From a virus (taxonomy: Duplodnaviria > Caudoviricetes), in the IMG/VR virus record IMGVR_UViG_3300027759_000110, positions 1-56,727 of that record: DNA of 56,727 nt; one strand, written 5' to 3'. The notes beneath the pieces were generated by a model. The model had not been told where the DNA came from and did no database searches. It saw only the letters and a program-made list of their open reading frames with translations. The stretch's first letter is position 1; each line of letters starts with the position of its first letter. Below, in pieces: positions 9,779-19,418 of this stretch. The translations under genes were made by a program, and so were the position numbers.

Positions 9779-10212
9779 ACCTCACACCACACTTTACGCT
9801 TGATGAACTTACCGCCTCAGAAGCCGCAGAGCGCAACGGATGGGACAACACCCCAAATGAAGCAGAACTTGCCAACCTCAAACGCCTTGCCGCCTTCCTT
9901 GAGGAGGTCAAAACTGTACTGGGCGGACGACCAATTATGGTTAACTCAGCTTTTCGCAATAAGCAAGTCAATGACTCTGTGGGCAGTAAAGATAGCTCTC
10001 AGCATCGCACTGGTTGTGCTGTGGACATCCGAGTACCTCAACTAACTCCCGATCAGGTGGTTAAAGCCATCATTGAGTCTGGGCTTCCCTATGACCAAGT
10101 CATACGTGAGTTTGATCGCTGGACGCATTTAAGCATTCCAAACACGCCAGATGCAGCTCCAAGAAAGCAAGCGTTAGTGATTGATAAATTGGGCACACGG
10201 CTTTATGCTTGA
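9775..10212 (+). CDS. Endolysin, peptidase M15A family
   Basis: MNLTPHFTLDELTAS start; NSAFR, SQHRTGCAVD and WTHLS zinc-ligand motifs. Confidence 0.88.
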   Translation: MNLTPHFTLDELTASEAAERNGWDNTPNEAELANLKRLAAFLEEVKTVLGGRPIMVNSAFRNKQVNDSVGSKDSSQHRTGCAVDIRVPQLTPDQVVKAIIESGLPYDQVIREFDRWTHLSIPNTPDAAPRKQALVIDKLGTRLYA

Positions 10213-10242
10213 TGCATCCCTAAATTGATGGGAAAATAAGCC

Positions 10243-12384
10243 ATGCCATTAAAGAAACTTCAGCAAAAAGCCGGTGTAAACAGGGAAAATACTCGATATA
10301 CATCGGAGAACGGTTACTACGTTTCCGATAAGATCCGTTTCCGCCAAGGAACGCCAGAGAAAATTGGTGGTTGGCAACGCATTTCCTCTGCTATTTTCCA
10401 AGGTGTTTGCCGTTCTTTGTGGAACTGGGTAACTCTAGGCGGTCAGAACTTGCTGGCAATTGGAACTAACCTGAAGTTTTATATTGAAAACGGCGGTCTA
10501 TACTACGACATTACCCCCTTGCGCTCGGCTACAGCGGCTCCTGTATCACTAAACAATCCATTTGACACTACATCTGGGTCAGCTGTTATTAACGTAAATG
10601 ACACTGCTCACGGCTTACTCACCGGTGATATTGCTACCTTTTCTGGAGCTGTTGCGGTTGGCGGGATTTCAGCGGAAATCCTTAATACCAATCACAGCAT
10701 AACGTTTGTTGGAGTTGATGATTACACAATTACTGTGTCTGTTACAGCATCTTCCACTGTGACTGGCGGGGGCGGCGCATCTGTTTCAGCAACATACACA
10801 GAGCTTAGAGTTGCACTGACAAACCCATTTGCTACAGTTAATGGGTCTACAACGGTCACTGTGACTGACGCAGCTGGTGGGTATACCAATGGCGACTTTG
10901 TTACATTCAGTGGTGCTACGACCGTTGGCGGCCTTAATTTAAACGCTGAATATCAGATCACTATTGCAGGTACATCTACCACGCAGTACACAATTACCGC
11001 TTCAAGCGCGGCTACTTCTACTGCTACGGGTGGCGGATCCGCTGTGGTGGCCGCTTATCAACTTAACGTCGGTGCTCCTTATGCGCTTCCTTTGGTTGGT
11101 TGGGGCGCAGGCCCATGGGGTTCTGGGCCTTGGGGTATTGGTGTTGAATCTAATGACCAGATGCGCATTTGGTCACAGGCTAACTTTGGTGAAGACTTAC
11201 TCTTTGCACCCAACGGTGGTGAGATCTACGTCTGGACTGTTAGCTCTTTAGTAACTTCCCGTGGTGTGGCTATTAACACTTTACCGGGAGCCTCTTTCTG
11301 TCCAACAGTTCAAAATTCTATTTTGGTGTCTGATGCTTCACGTTTTACGTTTGCGTTTGGTTGTAACGACTACGGAAGTACCACTCAAAACCCCATGTTA
11401 ATTCGCTGGTCTGACCAAGAGGATTACTTGGAGTGGTTTCCTGCGGCAACAAATCAGGCTGGTAGCTTACAGCTATCCCACGGCTCAAAGATTGTTACTG
11501 CGGTTCAGACCCGGCAGGAGATTGTTGTATTTACAGACTCAGCTCTGTATTCGGTGCAGTATCAAGGGCCACCAGCAGTATGGGGTTCTCAGTTGCTGGG
11601 AGACAACATCTCTATTGCTGGAACAAACGCCGCCGCTACTGCCACAGGTGTAGTGTATTGGATGGGTATTGATAAGTTCTACAAATATGATGGTCGTATA
11701 CAAACTTTACGTTGTGACTTGCGTCAGTTTGTTTTCCAAGACATTAACTTAGATCAATCTGACCAATTCTTTGCCTCTACCAACGAAGGCTTTAATGAGA
11801 TTTGGTTCTTCTACTGTTCAGCAGGTTCATTTGAAGTTGATAGATATGTAACGTACAACTACCTAGAAGATGTCTGGGCGTATGGAACCATGGGTAGGAC
11901 GGCGTGGATTGATTCCGCTTTGCGCAAATACCCAATGGCGGCAACTTACACCTACAACATTGTTTACCATGAGCAAGGTAATGACAACAATGAAACCGGA
12001 ACACCTTTACCAATTAACGCAATCATTGAGACAACCGAGTTTGACATTGATGACGGCGATCACTTTGGGTTTGTCTGGCGTATTGTTCCTGACATTACCT
12101 TCCGTGGATCTGATGCCGCATCCCCACAAGTCACCATGACTTTAATCCCAATGCAGAACTCTGGCTCTGGCTATAACGACCCAATCTCTTTAGGTGGAAA
12201 TTCAGACGCTACAGTGGTTAGAACGGCAACGGTTCCAATTGAGGAATTTACTGGTCAAGTTTATGTAAGGGTTCGTGGTCGTCAGATGATTATGAAAGTA
12301 GAGTCAAATCAACTTGGTTGTGCATGGCAACTTGGCTCCCCCCGTATTGACATTAAACAAGATGGACGCAGGGGTAACTCATGA
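10243..12384 (+). CDS. Tail hub / stabilisation protein (P22 gp10 / T7 gp12-like) with two inserted beta-rich (FCCH-like) repeats
   Basis: 713 aa; MPLKKL...KIRFRQGTPEKIGGW; IRWSDQED propeller motif; two NPFxTxxGSxxxxVxD...G...GDxxTFSGA repeats; ends DGRR. Confidence 0.7.
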   Translation: MPLKKLQQKAGVNRENTRYTSENGYYVSDKIRFRQGTPEKIGGWQRISSAIFQGVCRSLWNWVTLGGQNLLAIGTNLKFYIENGGLYYDITPLRSATAAPVSLNNPFDTTSGSAVINVNDTAHGLLTGDIATFSGAVAVGGISAEILNTNHSITFVGVDDYTITVSVTASSTVTGGGGASVSATYTELRVALTNPFATVNGSTTVTVTDAAGGYTNGDFVTFSGATTVGGLNLNAEYQITIAGTSTTQYTITASSAATSTATGGGSAVVAAYQLNVGAPYALPLVGWGAGPWGSGPWGIGVESNDQMRIWSQANFGEDLLFAPNGGEIYVWTVSSLVTSRGVAINTLPGASFCPTVQNSILVSDASRFTFAFGCNDYGSTTQNPMLIRWSDQEDYLEWFPAATNQAGSLQLSHGSKIVTAVQTRQEIVVFTDSALYSVQYQGPPAVWGSQLLGDNISIAGTNAAATATGVVYWMGIDKFYKYDGRIQTLRCDLRQFVFQDINLDQSDQFFASTNEGFNEIWFFYCSAGSFEVDRYVTYNYLEDVWAYGTMGRTAWIDSALRKYPMAATYTYNIVYHEQGNDNNETGTPLPINAIIETTEFDIDDGDHFGFVWRIVPDITFRGSDAASPQVTMTLIPMQNSGSGYNDPISLGGNSDATVVRTATVPIEEFTGQVYVRVRGRQMIMKVESNQLGCAWQLGSPRIDIKQDGRRGNS

Positions 12385-12728
12385 GTTTGATTGTTACGTC
12401 AGAGTTTGAGCTTCAAAGGATTCAACCTCCTGCTTTGCCATTGGCAACAGATGACTACAGCAAGGCTTATCAAGATCAACTAAACAATGTGTTGCGTTTG
12501 TACTTCAACCGCATCCAGAACATTCTTAATCAGTTGGAATCTAATGGGGTTCAGCCGCCACTGACTAACTATACCGTGACCACATTACCCAGTGCAGTCA
12601 CTTCAGGCAAGGGCGCTAGATCTTTTGTTACTGATGCTTTGGCTCCTGCGTTTGGGGCTACCGTTGCAACTGGCGGAGCTGTTGCAGTCCCTGTATATTC
12701 AGACGGAACAAATTGGAAGGTGGGATAA
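12381..12728 (+). CDS. Virion structural protein (tail needle/short fibre-like)
   Basis: PALPLAT...DQLNNVLRLYFN N-terminus; C-terminal VPVYSDGTNWKVG fibre-like motif. Confidence 0.5.
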   Translation: MSLIVTSEFELQRIQPPALPLATDDYSKAYQDQLNNVLRLYFNRIQNILNQLESNGVQPPLTNYTVTTLPSAVTSGKGARSFVTDALAPAFGATVATGGAVAVPVYSDGTNWKVG

Positions 12729-12730
12729 AC

Positions 12731-13114
12731 ATGACTGCAGACGAAATCCTTGAAATAGACGCTCAGCGAAACCATGAACCCGGCACTGAAGCTGGTCATT
12801 TACGCGCCATGATTAATGACCAATTGCGCAAACAAGGACATATTGTCCAACAAGGCGACACGTTGATTGTGTTCTCTAATGCTGATGGCGATGCGGATGT
12901 TGAATATCACTGCTTTAATGCAGATACACCACCAAACTTAGCTGCAAATGTAATGAAGTTCTTTGAGTTAGCTAAGAAGCTTGGTTACAAGACTGCCACC
13001 ACACCTTACGAAAATCCTAAAGTTTCCGAGTTGTTTAAACAATTTGTTGCGAAAAGATACAAGGTTGACATTAAGCGCAAGGATGGCCGATATGAAGCGA
13101 AAGCGAGGCTGTAA
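12731..13114 (+). CDS. Hypothetical protein
   Basis: Probable start ATG 12731; TAATG coupling to the next gene. Confidence 0.5.
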   Translation: MTADEILEIDAQRNHEPGTEAGHLRAMINDQLRKQGHIVQQGDTLIVFSNADGDADVEYHCFNADTPPNLAANVMKFFELAKKLGYKTATTPYENPKVSELFKQFVAKRYKVDIKRKDGRYEAKARL

Positions 13115-14481
13115 TGGGATTTGTTAGAAAAATTGGTCGTAAGATTGACAAAGAAATTCTCCAGCCTATCAAGCATACGGTTGAAGCGGTACTTGATGAC
13201 CCCAGAAAGTTAGCTATGGTGGCGCTCTCGGTCTTTGCACCGGGTGTTGGTACTGCTATTGGTAGCGCCATGGGCCTTAGTGGTACTGCGGCGGCAATCA
13301 TAGGCAATACAGCAGTCAATACGGTTCTAAATGGCGGAGATGTTAAGTCGGCAATCTTTGCCGCAGCCATTCCTGTTGTAGGTCGAGAGATGGCTGGCCT
13401 TGCCTCTAATGCATTTATTGATGCTGGCATGGATAAAGCTCTTGCTGATACTGCCGGTAACGTAACTTCTCGTGGTTTACTGGCCGCAGCACAAGGAAAA
13501 GATCCAGTTAACGCTCTTATTTCTGGTGGTTTAAACGCCGGAACAGACGCAGTTCTTAACCAAATACCGGGGTTTGAAGACTTAGATCCATCTATAAAGA
13601 AGATGACTACCCGCGCAGTGGCTAATACATTGGTTGGAAACAATGCGCTATCACCGCAGGATGCCATCAATGCCGCACTAAACATTGGTATGAAGGCTGT
13701 AGATCGGACTACGGATGAAGAAGGTAACTACATTGAGAATTACTTCCGTCCGGGTGGTGCTGGGTATATTGACCCAGAGAACCTAGAGGCAACGGTCAAG
13801 CAGGACGAAGGCGATGGCGGGTTCATGAGTCAGTTTAAGTCGTATTTGCCTCAAACCCCCGCTGAATTTCTTGCTGTTGAAAACCCAACACCAGCACCAT
13901 CTGAGCCTCCAGTAGAGCAACCAATGCCAAGTCCAGATGATGACTTTGCCCCAACATTGCCTTCAGTAGAACAGCCGATGCCAAGTCCGGATGATGACTT
14001 TGTGCCAACGGTTCCACCTTCTGAGGGTGGTGGTGAAAACGTATTTGATCCCACGTTTGGTGGAACACTTCCTTTACCCACTGGTGGGGATGGAACTCCC
14101 GGCGGTGCTTCTAAATCGCCCACTAGAACAACTCCCGGAGCTAAGCCCGCCATCCCCGGTGCAAAGACGGGTGCTACTGGAAACCCTGCGGTTGATGCCA
14201 TTACCAATTTAGCCAACCAACAGCAACAATACCAAAACTCTGTGTTAAACATGATGATGAATGACAAGAATGAGGTTGCTAATATAAAATCATTCAAAGA
14301 TCTTTATGGTGGGGATTTGTTTGGCGGAAGCTATGTGCCGCCTTCTGCGCTTGGTATGCCTGCTGGAGGCAATGTAATGATGCCCCAACAAAATCAAGAT
14401 GAACAAGATAATGATTTTTTTGATGGTGGTCACGTAGATGATATTGACGTTGACGTTTTACTACGAATTTTGAGGAGTTGA
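13114..14481 (+). CDS. Internal virion/ejection-like protein
   Basis: Basic MGFVRKIGRK start, hydrophobic Gly/Ala segment (FAPGVGTAIG), Pro/acidic low-complexity C-half. Confidence 0.5.
   Translation: MGFVRKIGRKIDKEILQPIKHTVEAVLDDPRKLAMVALSVFAPGVGTAIGSAMGLSGTAAAIIGNTAVNTVLNGGDVKSAIFAAAIPVVGREMAGLASNAFIDAGMDKALADTAGNVTSRGLLAAAQGKDPVNALISGGLNAGTDAVLNQIPGFEDLDPSIKKMTTRAVANTLVGNNALSPQDAINAALNIGMKAVDRTTDEEGNYIENYFRPGGAGYIDPENLEATVKQDEGDGGFMSQFKSYLPQTPAEFLAVENPTPAPSEPPVEQPMPSPDDDFAPTLPSVEQPMPSPDDDFVPTVPPSEGGGENVFDPTFGGTLPLPTGGDGTPGGASKSPTRTTPGAKPAIPGAKTGATGNPAVDAITNLANQQQQYQNSVLNMMMNDKNEVANIKSFKDLYGGDLFGGSYVPPSALGMPAGGNVMMPQQNQDEQDNDFFDGGHVDDIDVDVLLRILRS
13912..14001 (+). repeat. Tandem coding repeat VEQPMPSPDDDF (54-nt period, 2 copies)
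   Basis: Copies start at 13912 and 13966 and differ at synonymous positions. Confidence 0.85.
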
Positions 14482-16799
14482 TGATGGCAACAAAATATGG
14501 TTCAGAGGGCGGAGTCGAGATTCCTGACTCAATGCTAGTGGGGTATGGCGGCACAGCAGAGAACGGTTATATCTCTCCCGGCGGTAATGAAAGCGTATTT
14601 GACCCCACTTACGGCGGCTCAATGCCAATTACAAATACCGGCGGCGCTACTAATAATAGATCTGATATTACCAATGCTATCAACAACCTTTTTGGAAGCA
14701 ATTTATCTGGAGCAGAGTTAGCAAAACGAGCCGCTGTTCTTGGTGGTGGTTTGGCTGGTGGCCTTGGCGCATTCTCCTCTGGAACGCAGAAAGTTGGATA
14801 TCAAGGTGGTATTCCAAAGTTCACAGCTAATCGTGAAATGACAAAAGCTCCTCCCGCTGGTAGCCGTCCCGGTGCTGGTGGTGTTAATTATGGTGGTGAT
14901 GTTACTTACACTCCAACTGGTGTATCTTCTGGTGGATCGTCTGGTGGCGGATCTTCCGGCGGTGGCTCTGCTTTAGGAGACATAGCAAAAGTAGCTGGCG
15001 GTGCTGGCTTGGCCGCTTTACTTGCTAACTATCTTGGTAAATCTGGTGGTGCATCTGGTGGTTTAGATGCTATTTTGAAAGCCATTAGAAATCCTTCTTC
15101 TGGTAACGTACCAGTAAGAAATCAAGGTGGCGACACTCGTGGCGAATTAACTACACCCGGGGGTGACTACGCGGGCAGAGATGAATTTGATGGAATTGAT
15201 GCTCAAATTATAGCCAATGAAAATGATCTTCAATCGCCACCCCTGTTAAACGACACAGAAGTTGATGCTGAGCTTGATCGTCTTCGTGAACCAGAGTACA
15301 CAATGCCAATGTATATAGAAGAATCTCCGATGTTTAACCCTTCATTCTACGAAGACCTACTTGAGTACGCTAAGGGTGGCAGCGTACCACGCTATTTACA
15401 AGGGGAGACTGACGGTATGGCTGACAAAATCCCAGCCCGTATTGGAAAAGACCAACCTGCCGCGCTTAGCCATGGTGAGTTTGTTGTCCCTGCGGATGTT
15501 GTGTCTCATCTTGGTAACGGTAACTCTGATGCCGGAGCCAAGAAGCTGTACAGCATGATGGACAAGATCCGTCAAGCTCGTACCGGCACAAAGAAACAAG
15601 GCAAAAAGATCAACCCCGACAGCTTTATGCCCGGTGGTTTGGCTTCTGCTTATGCCAATGGTGGCTCAGTTATGAAATTTGCAGGCCCAACAGGAAGTTT
15701 AGTCCCTTCTGGTTCAACAGGATCAGAGCAAACACTTGCAAGCTGGACTGGTGACTATGTGCCTAATATGCTTGGTAAAGCTGAAGCTTTGGCTAGTGCT
15801 CCATACCAACAGTATGGCGGCCCATTATCGGCTGGTGCATCTGGCCTTCAACAGCAAGCATTCCAAGCTGCGGGTAATCTGTCCGTTCCTAGCAGTGTGG
15901 GTCAAGCCACGCAAACCGCTGGTGACATTGCCGCTAAAGCACAGGGCATTAGCTACGATCCAACCAAGTTTGATAATCAGTTTAAAGCACCTGATAAGTA
16001 TCAAAACACCAACTTTACTTCTGGCACTTTTGGTCAAGATCAAGCTCAGCAGTACATGAATCCGTACTTGCAAGCTTCTTTGAATCCTCAGTTGGAAGAA
16101 GCCCGTCGCCAGTCAAACATTAGTGAGCAGGCAAATAAAGCCGCAATGACCAAGGCCGGTGCGTTTGGTGGTGGCCGTAGTGCCATTTTGACCGCAGAGA
16201 ACCAACGTAATCTTGGAACTAACCTTGCCGGTATTACTGGCAAGGGCTACGACACTGCGTATACCAATGCTATGGGTCAGTTCAATGCTGACCAAGCCCG
16301 TAATATGCAAGCACAGCAGGCATCTGAACAGTCTAAGCAGTTTGGTGCTGGTCAGGGCATGACTTCCGCACAACAAGCCGCTCAGTACGGTCAGGCCGCT
16401 CAACAAGCCTCCGAGCAATCCAAACAGTTTGGTGCAAACTTGGGTCTGCAAGGTCTTCAGACTGGTCTTCAAGCCGCTAAAACTCAAGGTGATTTAGGTA
16501 TTTCTGGTGGTCAATTGGGCTTGGCTCAGCTACAACAACAGTCTGCTCTGGGTGCTCAACAGCGTGGCATTGAAGCTGAAGGTATTGCCGCAGACAAGGC
16601 CGCATTTGAAGAAGCTCGTGCAAACCCATACAAGATGCTTCAGTTTCAGCAGTCTATGCTTCAGGGCTTGCCAATTTCTGCAACCAACTACTCTATGCCT
16701 GAGCAAGATGCTCTTACAAAGGCGGCTGGTGGTGCAACGACTGTGAATAAGTTATTGGAAACTTTGGGACTTGGAGGGTCTACACCCCCAAAGAAGTGA
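14478..16799 (+). CDS. Multi-module ejection/pilot-like protein
   Basis: 773 aa; GETDGMADKIPA...LSHGEFVVPADVV module; C-terminal QQYMNPY...AGAFGGGRS gp7-like Q/G/A-rich domain. Confidence 0.6.
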   Translation: MMMATKYGSEGGVEIPDSMLVGYGGTAENGYISPGGNESVFDPTYGGSMPITNTGGATNNRSDITNAINNLFGSNLSGAELAKRAAVLGGGLAGGLGAFSSGTQKVGYQGGIPKFTANREMTKAPPAGSRPGAGGVNYGGDVTYTPTGVSSGGSSGGGSSGGGSALGDIAKVAGGAGLAALLANYLGKSGGASGGLDAILKAIRNPSSGNVPVRNQGGDTRGELTTPGGDYAGRDEFDGIDAQIIANENDLQSPPLLNDTEVDAELDRLREPEYTMPMYIEESPMFNPSFYEDLLEYAKGGSVPRYLQGETDGMADKIPARIGKDQPAALSHGEFVVPADVVSHLGNGNSDAGAKKLYSMMDKIRQARTGTKKQGKKINPDSFMPGGLASAYANGGSVMKFAGPTGSLVPSGSTGSEQTLASWTGDYVPNMLGKAEALASAPYQQYGGPLSAGASGLQQQAFQAAGNLSVPSSVGQATQTAGDIAAKAQGISYDPTKFDNQFKAPDKYQNTNFTSGTFGQDQAQQYMNPYLQASLNPQLEEARRQSNISEQANKAAMTKAGAFGGGRSAILTAENQRNLGTNLAGITGKGYDTAYTNAMGQFNADQARNMQAQQASEQSKQFGAGQGMTSAQQAAQYGQAAQQASEQSKQFGANLGLQGLQTGLQAAKTQGDLGISGGQLGLAQLQQQSALGAQQRGIEAEGIAADKAAFEEARANPYKMLQFQQSMLQGLPISATNYSMPEQDALTKAAGGATTVNKLLETLGLGGSTPPKK

Positions 16800-17617
16800 C
16801 CCCCTCCAATTCTTCGGATTCTGGCGGGGGCCCTAGTTTAGGTGGTGGATTGGCGGCGGCGGCTGTGGCCGCGCCGTTTATGGCATCGGCGTTTAGTACT
16901 CCAGACCCACAACCTCAAGCCCCAGCTACGCCTGTGTCAATGTATTCACCTGAGCCTCCAGCTCCTGCGCCAGTTCCAGATGCGCCTGCTCAACCAAGGT
17001 CGGCGTATGATCCTCCGCCGCCTCCACCTCCGCCGCCACCTCCTCCTCCGCCACCTCCTGCGCCAGTGGCTCCACCTCCTCCAGAGCAAGAAATGGAGAT
17101 GTACCAAACAGGTATTGAGGGCGAGAGTCAGTTAGCAACTTATGGTTACAGACCAAAAGCTCCTGTAGCACCACCACCACCACTTGCACCTCCATCGGGT
17201 TCCGCTGCATCTGGGTACAAAGGCCCAGCTAGATTAAATTCTTCTAGGGGTCTGGGTGACATGTTCTGGGAAGGTGAATTTGATTTTTCAGGCATTGATT
17301 TGCCGCCTGTTCCCGAAGCTCCTCCTCCTCCTGCGCCTACTCCAACTCCTCCTCCACAACAAGAGATGGAAATGTATGAGACAGGTATTGAGGGTGAGAG
17401 CCAAATCCCAACTTATAGCTATAGGCCAAAGGCTCCCGTAAATACAAAAGATAGGCTCCGTGAAATGGAGACTGGAAATTATAATAACCCAAACCTTGGT
17501 TTAGGTATACCCAGAATCGGTGGCGGCCAATCTAGAAATGATAGACGCGCATACGCAGCATACGCCAATGGCGGATTAGTCGATCTTCTCCGTAGACACA
17601 TGCAGAAATATCAATAA
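16796..17617 (+). CDS. Pro-rich low-complexity protein carrying two MEMY[QE]TGIEGESQ repeats
   Basis: GTGA overlap with the upstream stop; 16-Pro run; ends with YANGG motif like its neighbours. Confidence 0.55.
   Translation: MTPSNSSDSGGGPSLGGGLAAAAVAAPFMASAFSTPDPQPQAPATPVSMYSPEPPAPAPVPDAPAQPRSAYDPPPPPPPPPPPPPPPPAPVAPPPPEQEMEMYQTGIEGESQLATYGYRPKAPVAPPPPLAPPSGSAASGYKGPARLNSSRGLGDMFWEGEFDFSGIDLPPVPEAPPPPAPTPTPPPQQEMEMYETGIEGESQIPTYSYRPKAPVNTKDRLREMETGNYNNPNLGLGIPRIGGGQSRNDRRAYAAYANGGLVDLLRRHMQKYQ
17093..17434 (+). repeat. MEMY[QE]TGIEGESQ..TY[GS]YRP peptide repeat, copies 3-4 (starts 17093 and 17366)
   Basis: 17093-17155 matches 153-215 at 59 of 63 nt. Confidence 0.9.
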
Positions 17618-17646
17618 AATGAGCAAAGTTATTAGAAGGAATCATC

Positions 17647-19398
17647 ATGGGTATTGATCAACTTGTAAACGCATACAAAGGCAACCCACAGCCTTTGCAG
17701 GCTAAAGTACAAAAGGCTCAGCAAGGTCAGCCTCCCGGAGCTATTCCGCCTGATCTGGAAGAGGCTATTGCTCTTCAGAAAATTACCGAACTGCGTAACA
17801 GTGCTCAAAATCAACAGGCTATGCAGGCTGGTGGTGCTCAGCCTTCCGTTGTAGAAAAACTGCGTCAGATGTTAAGTGCTGAACAAAGACAGCAGGCCCA
17901 ACCTCCACAAATGCCTCAAAACCCCCAAGAGCAACCTCAAGGGCAGCCACAAGGACAACCTCAAATGGCACAACCTCCCCAACAACCACCTCAAGGTGTA
18001 GATGCTCTGCCAACTAACGTAGGTCAACAATACGCAGAAGGCGGCATTATTGGCAACACCCGTCATTTTGAAGAGGGTGGCCCAACTTCTTGGATTGAAA
18101 GATTGTTGTATGCCAACATTAGCCCAGCTGAGCGTGAGCGTAAAGAAGCTCTTGAAGAAAGAGCGCGGGAAAAACGTTCTGCCCCAGATTTAAGTTTGGA
18201 AGGACAGCGACGCAGGAATATGGAAGAAGTCAATAAACAACAAGGCTCTCCTACTGATCCAAATTTCAGAAGAGCAAGATATGCCGACGATCCTCGCCTT
18301 GTTGCTCCGTTACCTCAAGAAGATGTTGGCCCTCCAACACCGTCTGCCGCTGATCTGCAAGCGGCAGCAAGAGTAAACAGACCAGCACAACCTCGTGTAA
18401 ACGTTGACAGCGCCCCTATGCCAGCTGGATTGGCGGGCTTGCCATCAGTTGGCGTTGGCCGTGACTACGAGCGAAGAATGCTTGCGGAAAATCAGAAGTT
18501 TGATCCCGAAGCATACAAACAGAAGTACATGCAAGAAGTGGGCGCAAAAGATCTTTCAATCTATGACGAGATGGCCGCAGAACTTAAAGCCAGAAAAGAA
18601 CGTTTAAAAGGGCCAGAGAAAGGCTTTGATTCTTTGATGGAATATTTGGGTCAAATTGCTCAAGGTGGCGGTGGCCGTAGCTGGATGGAAGCTGGTGCTA
18701 AGGGTGCTGCTGGCGTAACTGCCTTGCAGAAAGCCCGTCAAGAACAACAAGATGCTTTGGTAGACAAGATCCTTGATCTTGGCGCTAAGAAGAAAGAAGC
18801 CCAGTACGGTGAGCGACTTGGTATGTTTAATCTTACCAAGGCTGAAAAGGACAAAATCAATACAGAGAGCGCAGCATTTGCCAAATCTCTTGGTTTGTCC
18901 GAGGATAAAGCTGAGGAACTTCGTCAACAATCAATTGAGAAAGAACTTGATCGTAAAAATCAAATCCGTGCCGCAAGCATTGGTAAGAGTGACAACTTGA
19001 TGGAACGTGCCGCAGCTATTAGGTCTGAAAACAAGGGTATGACTATTGAAGAGTCCATCAGACGTGCAGCTTTGGCTGGCGGTGCAGCTTCAGTAGGGGG
19101 TACTGATGCACGTAGAGATAAAGCTTACATTGATGCCAAGAACAAGATTGATGAGCGTTTCCAGCATTTGATCAGCGACACTCCTTATGGCAAGAAACAA
19201 AAAGAGTTGTACGACAAAGCTATTTCCGATTTAAACGCTACATTTGGTGTAAGCGGTAGCGGCATAAACACGCTGCCAGCCGCAGCGCAACCAATTCCAT
19301 CCGGAGCAAAACCAAGCGATTTAATCGTAGGAACTGTTTATCAAACCGCCAGAGGCCCAGCAAAATGGAATGGTAAAGCATTTGATCCAGTGCAATAA
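17647..19398 (+). CDS. Internal virion/ejection-like protein
   Basis: 583 aa; AAGGA RBS; Q/P-rich, coiled coil, GVDALP...YAEGGII motif; C-terminal GTVYQTARGPAKWNGKAF. Confidence 0.55.
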   Translation: MGIDQLVNAYKGNPQPLQAKVQKAQQGQPPGAIPPDLEEAIALQKITELRNSAQNQQAMQAGGAQPSVVEKLRQMLSAEQRQQAQPPQMPQNPQEQPQGQPQGQPQMAQPPQQPPQGVDALPTNVGQQYAEGGIIGNTRHFEEGGPTSWIERLLYANISPAERERKEALEERAREKRSAPDLSLEGQRRRNMEEVNKQQGSPTDPNFRRARYADDPRLVAPLPQEDVGPPTPSAADLQAAARVNRPAQPRVNVDSAPMPAGLAGLPSVGVGRDYERRMLAENQKFDPEAYKQKYMQEVGAKDLSIYDEMAAELKARKERLKGPEKGFDSLMEYLGQIAQGGGGRSWMEAGAKGAAGVTALQKARQEQQDALVDKILDLGAKKKEAQYGERLGMFNLTKAEKDKINTESAAFAKSLGLSEDKAEELRQQSIEKELDRKNQIRAASIGKSDNLMERAAAIRSENKGMTIEESIRRAALAGGAASVGGTDARRDKAYIDAKNKIDERFQHLISDTPYGKKQKELYDKAISDLNATFGVSGSGINTLPAAAQPIPSGAKPSDLIVGTVYQTARGPAKWNGKAFDPVQ

Positions 19399-19418
19399 TA
19401 GCCTCATAGGAGTTTGTA

